From the IMG/VR virus record IMGVR_UViG_3300037400_004179, positions 3,427 to 67,426 of that record: a DNA stretch of 64,000 bases. One strand, 5' to 3'. A model generated the notes under the pieces. The model did not search any database and had not been told where the DNA came from. It saw only the letters and a list, made by a program, of their open reading frames with translations. Position numbers and translations under genes: made by a program. Below are positions 1 through 9,953 of this stretch, piece after piece (position 1 is the stretch's first letter; the number at the start of each line of letters is the position of its first letter). This DNA is from a virus (Duplodnaviria > Caudoviricetes).

Positions 1-159
1 CTTCGTTTCGGAAGTCAGGGCCACGACGACTCCGGACTCCATGTGTATTGCGAACCTTGCCGACATGATTTGCTGTTCCTTGTTTTTGCTTGTCTCTTGA
101 AAAGGCCCGGAAGGAGGCGGAGACAACAACGCCTCCCTCCGGGCAATCGCAAAACCTCG

Positions 160-669
160 TCAGCCGATCATGTTGGTGAGGACGGTGCTGGCCGGGGTAA
201 TCTCCTCGGTCTTGTCGCCCTCGTCCCACACATCGGTCATGAGGTCGCCGGAAATGACGACCTTGACGCGTCCCCTGGCGGGAGGCGCATCGACCGTAAG
301 GCAGAGCGTGTCGCCCGCGCCCGCGAGGTTCTTGCCCGTGACCTGTCCGACGGTGACGCCGGCTGCGGTCCCGAGCGTGCGCTCGACGAGCTTCGCGCTG
401 TCGCTCTTGAGGTAGACGCCGACCTTCGGCCCCGTTGCGCCTGCGGCGACGGGCGGCTTGACGAGTTCGACGAGCGCGACGTTGCGCGGGACGAATCCCG
501 GAGGCAGGTCGCCGATCTCGTAGTACGTCGAAACCGTGGTCTCGTCCTCCGTCGCGTCCCCCTTGAGGTCGGCGAGCGAGAAGTCGATGGAGCGGAAGAG
601 CTTGTACGAACGCACGTCGAAGCGCAGTCCGTGGCCCTTGATCGTCGTATCGGTAGTAAGCTGAGCCAT
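160..669 (-). CDS. virion structural protein downstream of major capsid (possible decoration/cement protein)
   Basis: 169-aa ORF with genome-typical GC3 codons; RBS-like AAGGGAAA upstream; position directly after capsid gene. Confidence 0.55.
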   Translation of the reverse strand: MAQLTTDTTIKGHGLRFDVRSYKLFRSIDFSLADLKGDATEDETTVSTYYEIGDLPPGFVPRNVALVELVKPPVAAGATGPKVGVYLKSDSAKLVERTLGTAAGVTVGQVTGKNLAGAGDTLCLTVDAPPARGRVKVVISGDLMTDVWDEGDKTEEITPASTVLTNMIG

Positions 670-729
670 TTTCAGTTTCCCTTTCTTGCTGGGGCGGGCG
701 GACCCGAAGGCCCGCCGTTCCCGTTGATT

Positions 730-1728
730 TTAGCCGAGGGTGACGATGCCGTAGCCCATGAGCTCCGGATAGTCAACCATCCAGTCAAGGATGTTCAGCG
801 TCCTGTAGAAGAAGCCGTACTGGTCCTTGTCCTTCATCTTCTCGTTGATGATCATCTCGTCGACGAACTGAATCGCCTTCGTGTTGAGCACCATGACGAG
901 GAAGCGCTTGGGCAGGTTGTTGGCGACGTCCGCGCGCCACATCGGGAGCTGGTTGCAGCCGATGATGCTGGCGCCGTCGATGTCGCCGATGTAGTTGGTG
1001 CCCTTGCGGAGCACGCTCATCGAATCGCCCATCGCGTCGGCGTACTTCAGCTCGCTGTTGATGAGCAGCGTCTGGAGGACGGTCGGAACGACGATGCGCA
1101 GGTCGCCCTGCGCGGCGATCGGCCACTCCTTGAGCGCCCCGGTGAGGAACGTCATGAACTCCGTCGCCGTGAAGCAGTGCGAAGCCCTGCCGCCCGCGGA
1201 ACGCGCGTCGGTGTCGGTCTTGAACAGCTTGACGGGGTTGAGCGCGCTGCCGAGGTCGTATGCCCCGGAGACCACGCCCGCCTCGTTGCCGCAGTTGAGC
1301 GCGTCGCACTTGTACGGGGCGTCGGCGAAGAACTTGAGGTCGCGGCGCTCGGCGAGTGAGGCGTGGGCCTCCTTGTTGAGCGCGGAGTCGAGGTTCTTCA
1401 TGCTGAACGCCTCGTTCTCGATCTCGATGTGGTAGGCCACTTCGAGCTCGCGGTTGATGCGGAACGCCTCGGACTTGCCGACGAGCTTCTGGTACTTCAC
1501 CAGGTCGCCGGGCTTGCGGTCGTTTACATTGATGATCGGGAGGACGGGCCTCTCGATTGTCGTGCCGACGTGGAGGAAGCGTCCCTTCCAGTCGGTAGAC
1601 GAGCACTTGTCGAGGACGGACGCGGCGCGGGTGCGCGCACGCCACTCCTCCATGATGACGGCCTGGGTGCCGGGGAAGTTGGCGGCCCACTGCGCGTCGC
1701 TCATGAACGTGTTCTTGTCTGCGTCCAT
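730..1728 (-). CDS. major capsid protein (HK97-fold, podovirus type)
   Basis: 332 aa; follows scaffold and portal; size and pattern (I.RP...I.D; L..LDW.VDYPE..G) fit P22/N4-like coat proteins. Confidence 0.75.
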   Translation of the reverse strand: MDADKNTFMSDAQWAANFPGTQAVIMEEWRARTRAASVLDKCSSTDWKGRFLHVGTTIERPVLPIINVNDRKPGDLVKYQKLVGKSEAFRINRELEVAYHIEIENEAFSMKNLDSALNKEAHASLAERRDLKFFADAPYKCDALNCGNEAGVVSGAYDLGSALNPVKLFKTDTDARSAGGRASHCFTATEFMTFLTGALKEWPIAAQGDLRIVVPTVLQTLLINSELKYADAMGDSMSVLRKGTNYIGDIDGASIIGCNQLPMWRADVANNLPKRFLVMVLNTKAIQFVDEMIINEKMKDKDQYGFFYRTLNILDWMVDYPELMGYGIVTLG

Positions 1729-1774
1729 AATGGCAATCCTTTCTTCTCTCTTCCCCGAGCGGCCGGACGGCGAG

Positions 1775-2566
1775 CTACTGCACGCGGCCCGCGTTCAGGG
1801 CTTCTCTCAGCTGGGTGTCGATCTCGCGCCAGGACTTCATGTCGCCCGCCTTGCGGAACTCCTCCGCCTTGCGGCGAAGCTCCATGAACTCGGAGGTCGT
1901 CATCGTGTCCTTCTTCGGTTGCGTCTGCACCTGCTGGACTCCGCCTGCGTTCGACGGGCTCGGGGTGGCGGACGCCCCGGACCGTTCGGGATTGGGAACT
2001 CCGATGGTGCAGTAGAACGAGTCGATCAACGAATCGAACCGCGAAGCGTCCCTGCTCTTCATGACCGCCTCGTAGGTCTCCTTGTTGAGCTCCTTGAACT
2101 GCTCCCACGCCTTTTCCTTGTCCTTGCCGGGTGTCACCTGGTCGAAGAACTTGGGATGGCGCAGGCCGAGCTGTTCCGCGAAGATTCTCTCCTCGCGTTT
2201 CTCGATGTCGTCGCGGAGCTTCTGGTTTTCCTCTCGAAGCGACGCCGTGGCTTCGTCGACGAGCTGCTTTGCACCCGCGATGGCGGGCTTCAAGTAGTCG
2301 TCGGGCGTGTCGCCCTTGACTTCCGTCGGTATCGCGGACACGGTTGCGTCAATGGACTTGGAGGCCTTGAGCTTCGCGTTCTCCTCTCGGAGCCGCTTCA
2401 GCTCTTCGCCCTGCGTCTTTGCGCGGCCGGCCCACACTTCGGCGCTGTGCTGCGCCTTTTCAAGCTGGGTCTGGAGGTCGGGGTTGCCCTCGCCCTTCTT
2501 CGCCTCGCCTGTCGAAAGCGCCTTCTCGATCTCTTCACTTGCCATCTTGTCTTTTCCTTTCCCCAA
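1775..2566 (-). CDS. capsid scaffolding protein
   Basis: 263 aa, charged and coiled-coil rich with Gln/Pro linker and C-terminal helix; sits between portal and capsid. Confidence 0.65.
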   Translation of the reverse strand: MGKGKDKMASEEIEKALSTGEAKKGEGNPDLQTQLEKAQHSAEVWAGRAKTQGEELKRLREENAKLKASKSIDATVSAIPTEVKGDTPDDYLKPAIAGAKQLVDEATASLREENQKLRDDIEKREERIFAEQLGLRHPKFFDQVTPGKDKEKAWEQFKELNKETYEAVMKSRDASRFDSLIDSFYCTIGVPNPERSGASATPSPSNAGGVQQVQTQPKKDTMTTSEFMELRRKAEEFRKAGDMKSWREIDTQLREALNAGRVQ

Positions 2567-2659
2567 TAAGCCCGATTTGCCTTTTTCGGGAGTTTATTGC
2601 CACCTTGCGGAGAGGCAGACTATCCCGGTTCCGCAGATGAATTTTTCCTTTCCGCTCCC

Positions 2660-2986
2660 CTACTTCACGCCGCCTCCTTCGGATTCCGGATCGTTCCCTT
2701 CGTCCGTCGGCTGAACGGCGTCGGGCTCCAGAGCGCGGAGCGCTGCATGTTTCAGTTTGCGGTAAGCTGTCATTACGCCGACGAGGTACGCGACCTTGCG
2801 GTCGGTCTCGTCGAACTGTTCCACGACCGCCGCGGCCTGCCCGATCACGACGTCGAGGGCCTCGTCGAGCATATCGACGAGCTTCTGGGTGTTTTCGCGG
2901 CTGCCCGTGAACGAGCGGATGCGTCGGGCGGTCTCCTTCTCCTCGACCTGCTCGATCCTCACGACCTGTGTCTTCTTCTCGCTCAT
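2660..2986 (-). CDS. hypothetical head-module protein
   Basis: 108 aa; start overlaps portal stop; GC3-biased codons. Confidence 0.6.
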   Translation of the reverse strand: MSEKKTQVVRIEQVEEKETARRIRSFTGSRENTQKLVDMLDEALDVVIGQAAAVVEQFDETDRKVAYLVGVMTAYRKLKHAALRALEPDAVQPTDEGNDPESEGGGVK

Positions 2987-5175
2987 GCCGCGTTCCTCCT
3001 CTCAGCAACGGTGTTCGGCGCAGGGCCCGTTCCGCCTTGCGAGTAGGCGACTTCCTGCGGACTGCCCTCCACGCGGGCGACGTTCGCCTGCTCGGGCGTA
3101 GGCCCGGCGTCGGGCGCCTCCGCCTGCTGCGAGACGCCAAGCAACTGGGCAAGGTCCATGATCGCCTGGGAAATGCGCATGCGCTCCTTCGACGGGATGA
3201 TGCGGTCGGGGTTGATGCCGAGGTTGTCCAGCTCCGGGCGGAGTATCTCGAAATGCCCGGCGAGCGGGATTGCCTGGGAATAGATCGGGTGCCGCGCGAG
3301 CATCTGCATCATCTGGATTCTCCGCTGGCTCTCCGCCTCGCGCAGGAACTTGCCCATCGGTCCGGACGGCATGACGTTGCAGTCGCCCTTGATCGAGATG
3401 TCCTGTCCGTAGAGGAGATTCCAGACCACCGTGTTCTTTGCACACGGTATGATCATAGTCGCGTAAAGCTCGGCGATCGAGGTGTTCACCGTGCGGCAGG
3501 TCGCCTCGGTCATCATCGCGAAGCCGGACGCCGTTCTTCCGGCGCCGCTTCCAAGGGCGCTCGACGAGCCGACGCTGTAGCGGGGAATGCCCGAATACTC
3601 GTCGGCGAGGTTGAACGCCTCCTTCATTAGCGCAGACTGGCGCTGCGTCGTGTCGTCCATCTGGACGACGCCTATAGGCGCGCCCTGCGACGGAAGCGCC
3701 ATCCCGCCCATCGGCGTCTTGCGCCCGAACATCATGCCCGCGCGGAGCGAGAGGACGGGACGCCCGTCCATCGAGACGATGTTGTTCGCGTCCGTCGTGT
3801 AGAAGATTCCGTTGGACGAAAGCTCCCCGTTCGCCGTCATGTTCTTGAAGGCGTTGTTCTGCATCGACTGCGGGACGCGCAGGAGGTCGGCTATCGACAC
3901 CCCCCACCACGAGCCGGGCACGGGGTAGAGGCACGCCTTGTAGACTGGAAGCGGCATGCTGTCGTCTATGATGCGGCAGTAGACCACGAAGCCCGCGATC
4001 ACCACGACGTCGGTCTTGTAGTACCTGTACTCGACGATCTCCTTCCCCGCCGGCGTCTTCGTGATGTTGAACTTCATCAGCTCGGAGCCGCGCACGGACG
4101 AGAAGCAGCGTATGCCCTCGAGGGTGCACTCGTCGGACTCGGGGGCGACGCCGCGCCGCTCGAGGTTGCGCCGCGTGAGGTCGTATGTGCCCATTTCGAG
4201 GCGCACGCCGCCGTCGGGGTACTTCTTGAGAAGGCTCCTCACGGTCGAGACTATCCAGCCGTCGTTAGGGGCGCCGCCCTTCTCCTCCACCGGCGCGTCG
4301 GCGTACTGGCTGAGCGCGTTCGCCGTGTAGCGCACGACGAAGCAGACCGGGCCGTCGCCTATGTGCTTCGCGTTCGGGGCCGGGTAGCAGTCCCAGGGGT
4401 TCACGGCCTCGTATGTAGGCACGACGTCGTACTTCTGCTCGTAGACGACGACGCCCTCCATGTCCTTCTTCTCGCGGCACTTCGTGACGGGCATGACGCG
4501 GGGCACGGGGCCGATCATGCAGAACGTTCCGTAGGTGCAGAAGTACCCGAGCCCCTCGCGGAAGGCCTTGACGAACCCGCCTTCGAGGAGCTGGTCGCAG
4601 ACCGTCTCCTCCATCCGGGAGCACCTGTCCTCGGCCCATTCCTTCTTGCGGCGCCGGATCTCGCCGTACATCTGCGCGGCGCGCTGCCGCGCGAAGCCGT
4701 TGAGGACGCTCCACTGGTCCGGCGTCACCGCACCCGCGCCCTGCACGTACTCCGAAAGCTCGCGCCCGATCTCGGCGACGACCTCCGACTCCACGCGCTC
4801 GGGCACGTCGGGGACGGGGGTGGGGCTGAGCTGTATGAACTTGTCCCCGGTCTGCTTGATCGTGTCCCCCACCATCGTCTTGCACGCGCGGACGTATGTC
4901 GCGGTGAGCGGCGGGTAGTTGTCCGGGTTGAGCCCCATGTCGGAAAGGACCTTGCGCTGGGCGGGCGAGTATTCGAGCGACGCGCTCTCCGCCGCGTAAG
5001 CGAGCATCGAGTCTATGCCGACCATCTGCCTGTGGTCGCGGTTCCGCTTGAAGATCGCCTCTATCGAGGTGGCGAGCCGCTGCATCGCGTCCGTCGTCGG
5101 GACGACGCATCCGGAGGCGTCGCTTTCGGCGGCCTCTCCGGGTTTCCTCTCGTAGATGTCCTTCTGCTCGCTCAT
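2983..5175 (-). CDS. portal protein
   Basis: 730 aa immediately after terL; portal-like segments (EAVNPWDCYPAPNA, WWGVSIADLL, LADEYSGIPRYSVG..GAGRTASG). Confidence 0.8.
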   Translation of the reverse strand: MSEQKDIYERKPGEAAESDASGCVVPTTDAMQRLATSIEAIFKRNRDHRQMVGIDSMLAYAAESASLEYSPAQRKVLSDMGLNPDNYPPLTATYVRACKTMVGDTIKQTGDKFIQLSPTPVPDVPERVESEVVAEIGRELSEYVQGAGAVTPDQWSVLNGFARQRAAQMYGEIRRRKKEWAEDRCSRMEETVCDQLLEGGFVKAFREGLGYFCTYGTFCMIGPVPRVMPVTKCREKKDMEGVVVYEQKYDVVPTYEAVNPWDCYPAPNAKHIGDGPVCFVVRYTANALSQYADAPVEEKGGAPNDGWIVSTVRSLLKKYPDGGVRLEMGTYDLTRRNLERRGVAPESDECTLEGIRCFSSVRGSELMKFNITKTPAGKEIVEYRYYKTDVVVIAGFVVYCRIIDDSMPLPVYKACLYPVPGSWWGVSIADLLRVPQSMQNNAFKNMTANGELSSNGIFYTTDANNIVSMDGRPVLSLRAGMMFGRKTPMGGMALPSQGAPIGVVQMDDTTQRQSALMKEAFNLADEYSGIPRYSVGSSSALGSGAGRTASGFAMMTEATCRTVNTSIAELYATMIIPCAKNTVVWNLLYGQDISIKGDCNVMPSGPMGKFLREAESQRRIQMMQMLARHPIYSQAIPLAGHFEILRPELDNLGINPDRIIPSKERMRISQAIMDLAQLLGVSQQAEAPDAGPTPEQANVARVEGSPQEVAYSQGGTGPAPNTVAERRNAA

Positions 5176-5184
5176 TCCGCCACT

Positions 5185-5213
5185 ATTATCGCCCCGCTTT
5201 ATATTCGCTTTAT
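5185..5213 (-). promoter_or_regulatory. putative activator-dependent late promoter for portal
   Basis: Minus strand ATAAAGCG-aat-ATAAAGCG-gggc-GATAAT; same layout as upstream of terS. Confidence 0.5.
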
Positions 5214-5227
5214 CAAGCGTTTTGACG

Positions 5228-6823
5228 CTACAGGCAGTTCAGCCTCAGCTGCGCGCTCTCGAACGCTGGCGTGCGGTCGCGCTCCTGGCGGAGCCTCCTG
5301 AAGTCCACGCCTGCGAGCGTCAGCGCCACTATCGGGTACTGGAGCGCGTCGTGTATGTGCGTGAACGGGTTCGTCTTGTCGGGGCCCATCGCGTAGCGCT
5401 CGTCCCCGTCCGCGGCGTCGCGCATCTTCTTGTAGCAGTAGTGTCCGTCGAACCCCGATATGAGCATCTTGCACCGCGCGTCCACGAGCATGCGCCCCTC
5501 GCGGAGAAGCTTGTCCACGGCGTCGCGCCGCGTGCGGAAGTCGTTGCTCATGTCGGGGCACGGCGCGGACGGGAAGCCGCGGTCGTTCAGGAGCTTGATG
5601 CACGTCCCGCCGTAGTCCTGCATCCGCTGCTCGCCGGCGGGGTCGCAGTAGTTCATGATCGGCGGGCAGTGCATCGGCCATCCGAAGCGCTCTATCAGCT
5701 TCGGCTTGAGCATCGTGTCGATGAACGTGTCGAGCGTCATGTCCGCGGACGGCAGCTCGTCGAGGACGCGGATTATCCCGTCGGGCCCCGGCTGGAGGAT
5801 CACCACCGACGGGGTGAGCCCGAAGTCCGTGCCGAGGATGAGCGGCCAGCCGCGCAGGAACTGGAGGTTCTCGCGGACGTGCCGCGCGCGGCTCCACGAG
5901 GTGTAGATCGGCTTTCCGTCGACCGACGTGCCGTATTCGTTCAGCACGAACCGCCGGATGTTGTTCGGGTCTCCCCCGACGAGCATCTTGCGGTAGTATT
6001 CGAACCCGCCCTTGAGGTGCCTGATGTTCTCGGCGGGGCGTATGCCGAACTTCTTCGCGTTCTCCTCGTCGTTGTCGAGGTAGACCTCCCGCCCCGCGTC
6101 GTCCGTGGTCTTGATGAGTCCGGGCGGCTGGATGAAGAACAGTATCTTCTGCGGCTTCTCGTCGACTTCGAGGCGGTGCATCCAGTTGGACTCGTTCGGC
6201 GAGTTCGAGTCGATGATCGTGCCGAACGAGAGGTACAGCGGCGGGTCGTCCTCGTTCGGCGGCTTCACCGGCTGCCAGCGCCCCACGCGGGAGTTCGCGA
6301 GCCAGATGCGCTTCCACGCCACGGTGTCGCCCTCGTTGATCCACGCCCCGCAGGGCTCGAACGACTTGAGCGCGGCCTCGAACGCGTCCTGCTCCAGGTC
6401 GAACGGGATGAACACGAAGTCCGTCCGGCACCACGTGTCGTCCTTCTGCATGGACGGAACCTCCATGCGCCCCTCGATCGTCGGCTGCTGGCGCTCGATG
6501 TGGAAGCCGGGCAGGACCTCGCGCATCGTCTTGATCGTGGTGTTCCACATCTCGGGCCGCGTGTCGCGCCCGACGAGCCACTTCGACCAGCGGACCTTGT
6601 GGCGGCGTCCGTCGGGCATGATGCCGTTGTCGGGGTCCTTCGGGTCGTCGCCGAAGTCGAACGCCGGCTGGAACTCCGTCGTAAGCGACATCTCCTTGCA
6701 GCACCCGACGCTCTTGCCGCTCCCCATCGGGCCGCGAACGATGCGGAACTCCGCGAGGCCGGGCGGCACGGCGTGGAACGCCCTGAACGTGGGCGACGGC
6801 ACATACCGGACGACCCTACCCAT
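5228..6823 (-). CDS. terL: terminase large subunit
   Basis: 531 aa; Walker A RGPMGSGKS, Walker B-like WINEGD, nuclease motifs GTDFGLTP, YCDPAG, HIHDALQY. Confidence 0.9.
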   Translation of the reverse strand: MGRVVRYVPSPTFRAFHAVPPGLAEFRIVRGPMGSGKSVGCCKEMSLTTEFQPAFDFGDDPKDPDNGIMPDGRRHKVRWSKWLVGRDTRPEMWNTTIKTMREVLPGFHIERQQPTIEGRMEVPSMQKDDTWCRTDFVFIPFDLEQDAFEAALKSFEPCGAWINEGDTVAWKRIWLANSRVGRWQPVKPPNEDDPPLYLSFGTIIDSNSPNESNWMHRLEVDEKPQKILFFIQPPGLIKTTDDAGREVYLDNDEENAKKFGIRPAENIRHLKGGFEYYRKMLVGGDPNNIRRFVLNEYGTSVDGKPIYTSWSRARHVRENLQFLRGWPLILGTDFGLTPSVVILQPGPDGIIRVLDELPSADMTLDTFIDTMLKPKLIERFGWPMHCPPIMNYCDPAGEQRMQDYGGTCIKLLNDRGFPSAPCPDMSNDFRTRRDAVDKLLREGRMLVDARCKMLISGFDGHYCYKKMRDAADGDERYAMGPDKTNPFTHIHDALQYPIVALTLAGVDFRRLRQERDRTPAFESAQLRLNCL

Positions 6824-7460
6824 CCGCCTTGACCTCCAGCGCCTTGATCACCGCCTCCACGTCCACCACGCCGCCGGCGGGGAGCGCCGCCCTGAGCGCG
6901 TCGTTTCCCGTCAGGTTCATCTGGACGTTCGTTATCTGGTACACCATCGGGTCGTTGTCGCCGGACTTCTTCGCCGCGGCGTCCTCCGTCCTCTCGCCGA
7001 ACCTCTTGCGGTCGAGCCGCTCCAGCGTCGCCATGACGAGCTTCGGGTTTACGCAGTTCTTGCCCTTGCTGTCCTTCAGCAGGGCCTTGAGCGCGTCCGT
7101 GGCGAGGAGCTCCAGCTCCTCCATGTCGCTCGTCCGCTGCTCGTCGCGCATGTTCTGGACGTACTCGAGCACCGTCTTCGCGTCCGGCCAGAGCCGAAAC
7201 GCCATCTGCATGTCGTCCTTCGTCGCGCCCCCGGTTTCAAGCGCGATGTTGTAGCGCTTCGTCGCGGCGTAGACGATAAGGACCCGCTTCACGGCGGCGA
7301 GATCGACCGGGGGCTCGTCGACCCCGGCCCTCTCAAGCTGCTTCTTCGCGACCTCCTTGCGCTTGCGCTCCTGTTCGATCCCGGCATCGTCGAGCATCAT
7401 GCGGGCGCGCTGAAGCAGGGTGTCCCATTTCTCTTGCTCGCTCTCGGACAGTTGTTCCAT
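6816..7460 (-). CDS. terminase small subunit
   Basis: 214 aa overlapping terL start; helical/HTH-like, ends LERLDRKRFGE; canonical position. Confidence 0.65.
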   Translation of the reverse strand: MEQLSESEQEKWDTLLQRARMMLDDAGIEQERKRKEVAKKQLERAGVDEPPVDLAAVKRVLIVYAATKRYNIALETGGATKDDMQMAFRLWPDAKTVLEYVQNMRDEQRTSDMEELELLATDALKALLKDSKGKNCVNPKLVMATLERLDRKRFGERTEDAAAKKSGDNDPMVYQITNVQMNLTGNDALRAALPAGGVVDVEAVIKALEVKADG

Positions 7461-7467
7461 GCTTCAA

Positions 7468-7496
7468 AGTCTACCGCCGCTTTATAGGCGCTTTAT
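7468..7496 (-). promoter_or_regulatory. putative activator-dependent late promoter for terS operon
   Basis: Minus strand ATAAAGCG-cct-ATAAAGCG-gcgg-TAGACT just upstream of terS ATG. Confidence 0.5.
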
Positions 7497-8081
7497 TTTC
7501 GCGGGGCCAGATGCCCTGGCTGGTCATAGGCATGCGCAGGGGGCGGGTACGCGTTTCCACCCCACCCCCGCCCCCACGGGCCATGTCCCCCATACCCCGT
7601 CCGCCGAACGAGCAGCGAGAGTCGTCCGGCCATCGACCGAGCGGAGAGTCTGGCGGTCGAGCGGGGTCAAGCGGGGGCAAACGAGGGTAGACAGGGGGCA
7701 GAGCGGGTACAACACCCGACTTCATCGACGCCAAAAGCCAAGCAATTCGGGCAATCCTCCCGACGAGAGCCGCCGTGTCACAAGATTGTCGCAATCTCAA
7801 CCCCGCGATTCGTCGATTTCGGGGTGATCGCATGGGTGCAGGTGGACGGACTGGCGTCTGCGTCCGCATCGTCTCGACGGCTCGCATGTTGGCAAGCCGT
7901 GGGTGACGGCGAAGGTCGATCCGCCGACGCGCATGCGTGCGCGACCCATCCCTGCGCAGAAGACGGCTCCCCGCCCCGCCGTCGATTGCCACGCAATTTG
8001 ATGAAACAACAACTCACTTCCATGTCGAGCAACTACCCTTCCCGCCAGTTCCGTCCGGCTTGACGCCCCTCGCGCGAGAGG

Positions 8082-8220
8082 TGCATGACTTGTGCATTTG
8101 TGCAATGCAGAATGCACCACCCCTTTAGGGGTGCATTTCTGCATGCAAAATGCAAATGCACCGTGCATTTTGCACCGTGCAGAAATTTCATGCAAAATGC
8201 AAAATGCAAAGACTGTTGCA
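8082..8220. repeat. TGCA iteron cluster with CCCC-TTTA-GGGG cruciform (origin-like element, copy 1)
   Basis: 17 TGCA counted in 139 bp, including (TGCAAAA)n at 8191-8210; palindrome at 8107-8142. Confidence 0.6.
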
Positions 8221-8284
8221 GTCAGCCGCAAACCCCTGAAAAACCAAGCGAATACTGCCATCTAAAAATTGTTGTAAATTGTTG

Positions 8285-8313
8285 TTGACATACAGCAAAT
8301 AAAAGAGTAGAAT
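8285..8313 (+). promoter_or_regulatory. consensus sigma70 early promoter
   Basis: TTGACA (8285-8290), 17-bp spacer, TAGAAT (8308-8313). Confidence 0.85.
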
Positions 8314-8374
8314 ATGGGTGCCGAAAGGCATGGTCAACAATCAAGGCGAATCCCGCCAGAAAGGAAAGAAAACA

Positions 8375-8632
8375 ATGATAGTCAGGACAATCAAGAGTGT
8401 TCAGGAATGGACTGCGGACGTGGCGAAGAAGCTACATCCGTATTCAAAGACGCTCAAAGCCGTTGACTGGTACTTTGCGACTGATGGCTACGACGACGTG
8501 GACGTCGAATGGTCGAGGGCTTTTGATGGCTACTCAAACGACCATTTTACGCCGGCGTCCCTCGCCGAGTTCTATCAAGCCGCGAAGGTCGAAATCTCCG
8601 GCAACTACTCAATCACAATTTACGACAACTGA
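8375..8632 (+). CDS. small early hypothetical protein
   Basis: AAGGAAAG RBS before ATG 8375; first gene after early promoter. Confidence 0.6.
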   Translation: MIVRTIKSVQEWTADVAKKLHPYSKTLKAVDWYFATDGYDDVDVEWSRAFDGYSNDHFTPASLAEFYQAAKVEISGNYSITIYDN

Positions 8633-8650
8633 AAGAAAGGAACACTAACC

Positions 8651-9052
8651 ATGAACCCGAACGAACAAATCTACGTGAAGTCTTACACCGCCTACACGAC
8701 GGAAGACGTCTTCGACCGTGGTGAAATCGGCTTGACGCATTGCGCCTGGACATCGAGGGACAATCCCGTAAGCGGCAGATTCGACACCATCGAGGACGCG
8801 CTTAAGGCCGTCTGCGACGCGAACTGCTTTGACTATGTTCCGGCCAACTGCCTGAACTTCGGGAAGGACATGCCGGAAGAGGCCGGACGCTTTGACATAT
8901 CCGTCATGGTCGATGCGGACAACTGCGAAGCCACGAAATCCGAGATCGAGGCATGGAAGCAGGGACGCAAGCGGCTGTGGGCCTGTCAGGTGTCCGTCTA
9001 TTTGGGAGTGTGCGCCGAGCGCGACCTCACGCCCGAGGAGATTGCGGCATGA
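8651..9052 (+). CDS. small acidic early hypothetical protein
   Basis: 133 aa; GAAAGGAAC RBS. Confidence 0.65.
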   Translation: MNPNEQIYVKSYTAYTTEDVFDRGEIGLTHCAWTSRDNPVSGRFDTIEDALKAVCDANCFDYVPANCLNFGKDMPEEAGRFDISVMVDADNCEATKSEIEAWKQGRKRLWACQVSVYLGVCAERDLTPEEIAA

Positions 9053-9495
9053 ACGAAAGGAACACCGAGATGAACGCGAACGACCACGGAATAACATGGT
9101 GCCTCAATTGGGGCGAGGATGCAGTCAGCGGATGGAGCGCATGCTACTGCGTCAGCCCCGATCAGGAGCGCGGACGGCGCGAACGGCGCGACGGGACGAG
9201 TGACGTCCTCTATCGCCTTCACCTTCACCACAAGACTGACAAGGGATGGTATCTTGCATTCGGCATCGACTACCTTCCGAACCACGAGCGCGTGACGCAA
9301 TGGCATGAGAGCGTAGCGGACTGTTGGCGCGAAATGCTGACCCTCGGCGTGTCCGAAACCACCATGAAGCGTATTGAGTACGACATCTGCGGCGAGGACA
9401 CATACGCAGACCGCGCACCCGCCATGCTCGAATACTTCCGCCGTCTCTGCGAGGCGCAGATCGAGCGCACCGACATCCCCGAACTGGAGGGCTGA
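9049..9495 (+). CDS. early hypothetical protein
   Basis: ATGA overlap with previous stop; GC3 bias. Confidence 0.6.
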   Translation: MNERNTEMNANDHGITWCLNWGEDAVSGWSACYCVSPDQERGRRERRDGTSDVLYRLHLHHKTDKGWYLAFGIDYLPNHERVTQWHESVADCWREMLTLGVSETTMKRIEYDICGEDTYADRAPAMLEYFRRLCEAQIERTDIPELEG

Positions 9496-9498
9496 ACC

Positions 9499-9627
9499 AT
9501 GAAACACATAATCCGAATGATAATCGACTGCTTCTTCGATACTGTCGAGAGCGAATACTGGGAGTGGACATGGGACAGCCCCGCCGAGCGCGAGGCGTTC
9601 CGCAAATACTTCCGCTTCTGCAACTGA
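9499..9627 (+). CDS. 42-aa early protein
   Basis: GGAGG RBS; fills gap in operon; too short for the ORF track. Confidence 0.45.
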   Translation: MKHIIRMIIDCFFDTVESEYWEWTWDSPAEREAFRKYFRFCN

Positions 9628-9640
9628 AAGGAGCCGCGAA

Positions 9641-9925
9641 ATGTTCATCAGAATCAGAATCAGGGCGCATGAGGCATTGAAGCGCATCATGCTCGACGAC
9701 AACCACGCGCCGCTTCTCGGCAGCACCGTCAAGGTGATTTACAACACCATCAAGACGGCCGAGACGGACGAGGCCTTTGCGAACGAACTCGACGAGGTTT
9801 GCGCCGAGGCGTTCTGCGAGCAGACGGCAGAGGGCTACGACGACCTTCTCCAGCTGTTCGCCTTCCCGACAAGCGACCTTCTCAAACTCCTTCGTCCGCG
9901 CGTACTTCTCGCGGAGCACGAATAA
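9641..9925 (+). CDS. early hypothetical protein
   Basis: 94 aa; AAGGAG RBS. Confidence 0.6.
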   Translation: MFIRIRIRAHEALKRIMLDDNHAPLLGSTVKVIYNTIKTAETDEAFANELDEVCAEAFCEQTAEGYDDLLQLFAFPTSDLLKLLRPRVLLAEHE

Positions 9926-9953
9926 CCACCAACCACGCAGAAAGGACACGACC

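Noticed and set aside
43-1359. Long plus-strand ORF (438 aa); likewise 5156-6832, 11906-13969 (-), 17261-18619 (-), 36706-39885, 39886-41508 and 47620-49638
   Set aside because: Antisense shadows of real genes: high GC3 keeps opposite frames open, and the products are Arg/Leu/Val-rich with no motifs or RBS.
8063-8074. 12-mer ACGCCCCTCGCG shared with the hairpin at 29827-29838
   Set aside because: Too short and GC-rich to exceed chance, and the flanks do not extend the match.
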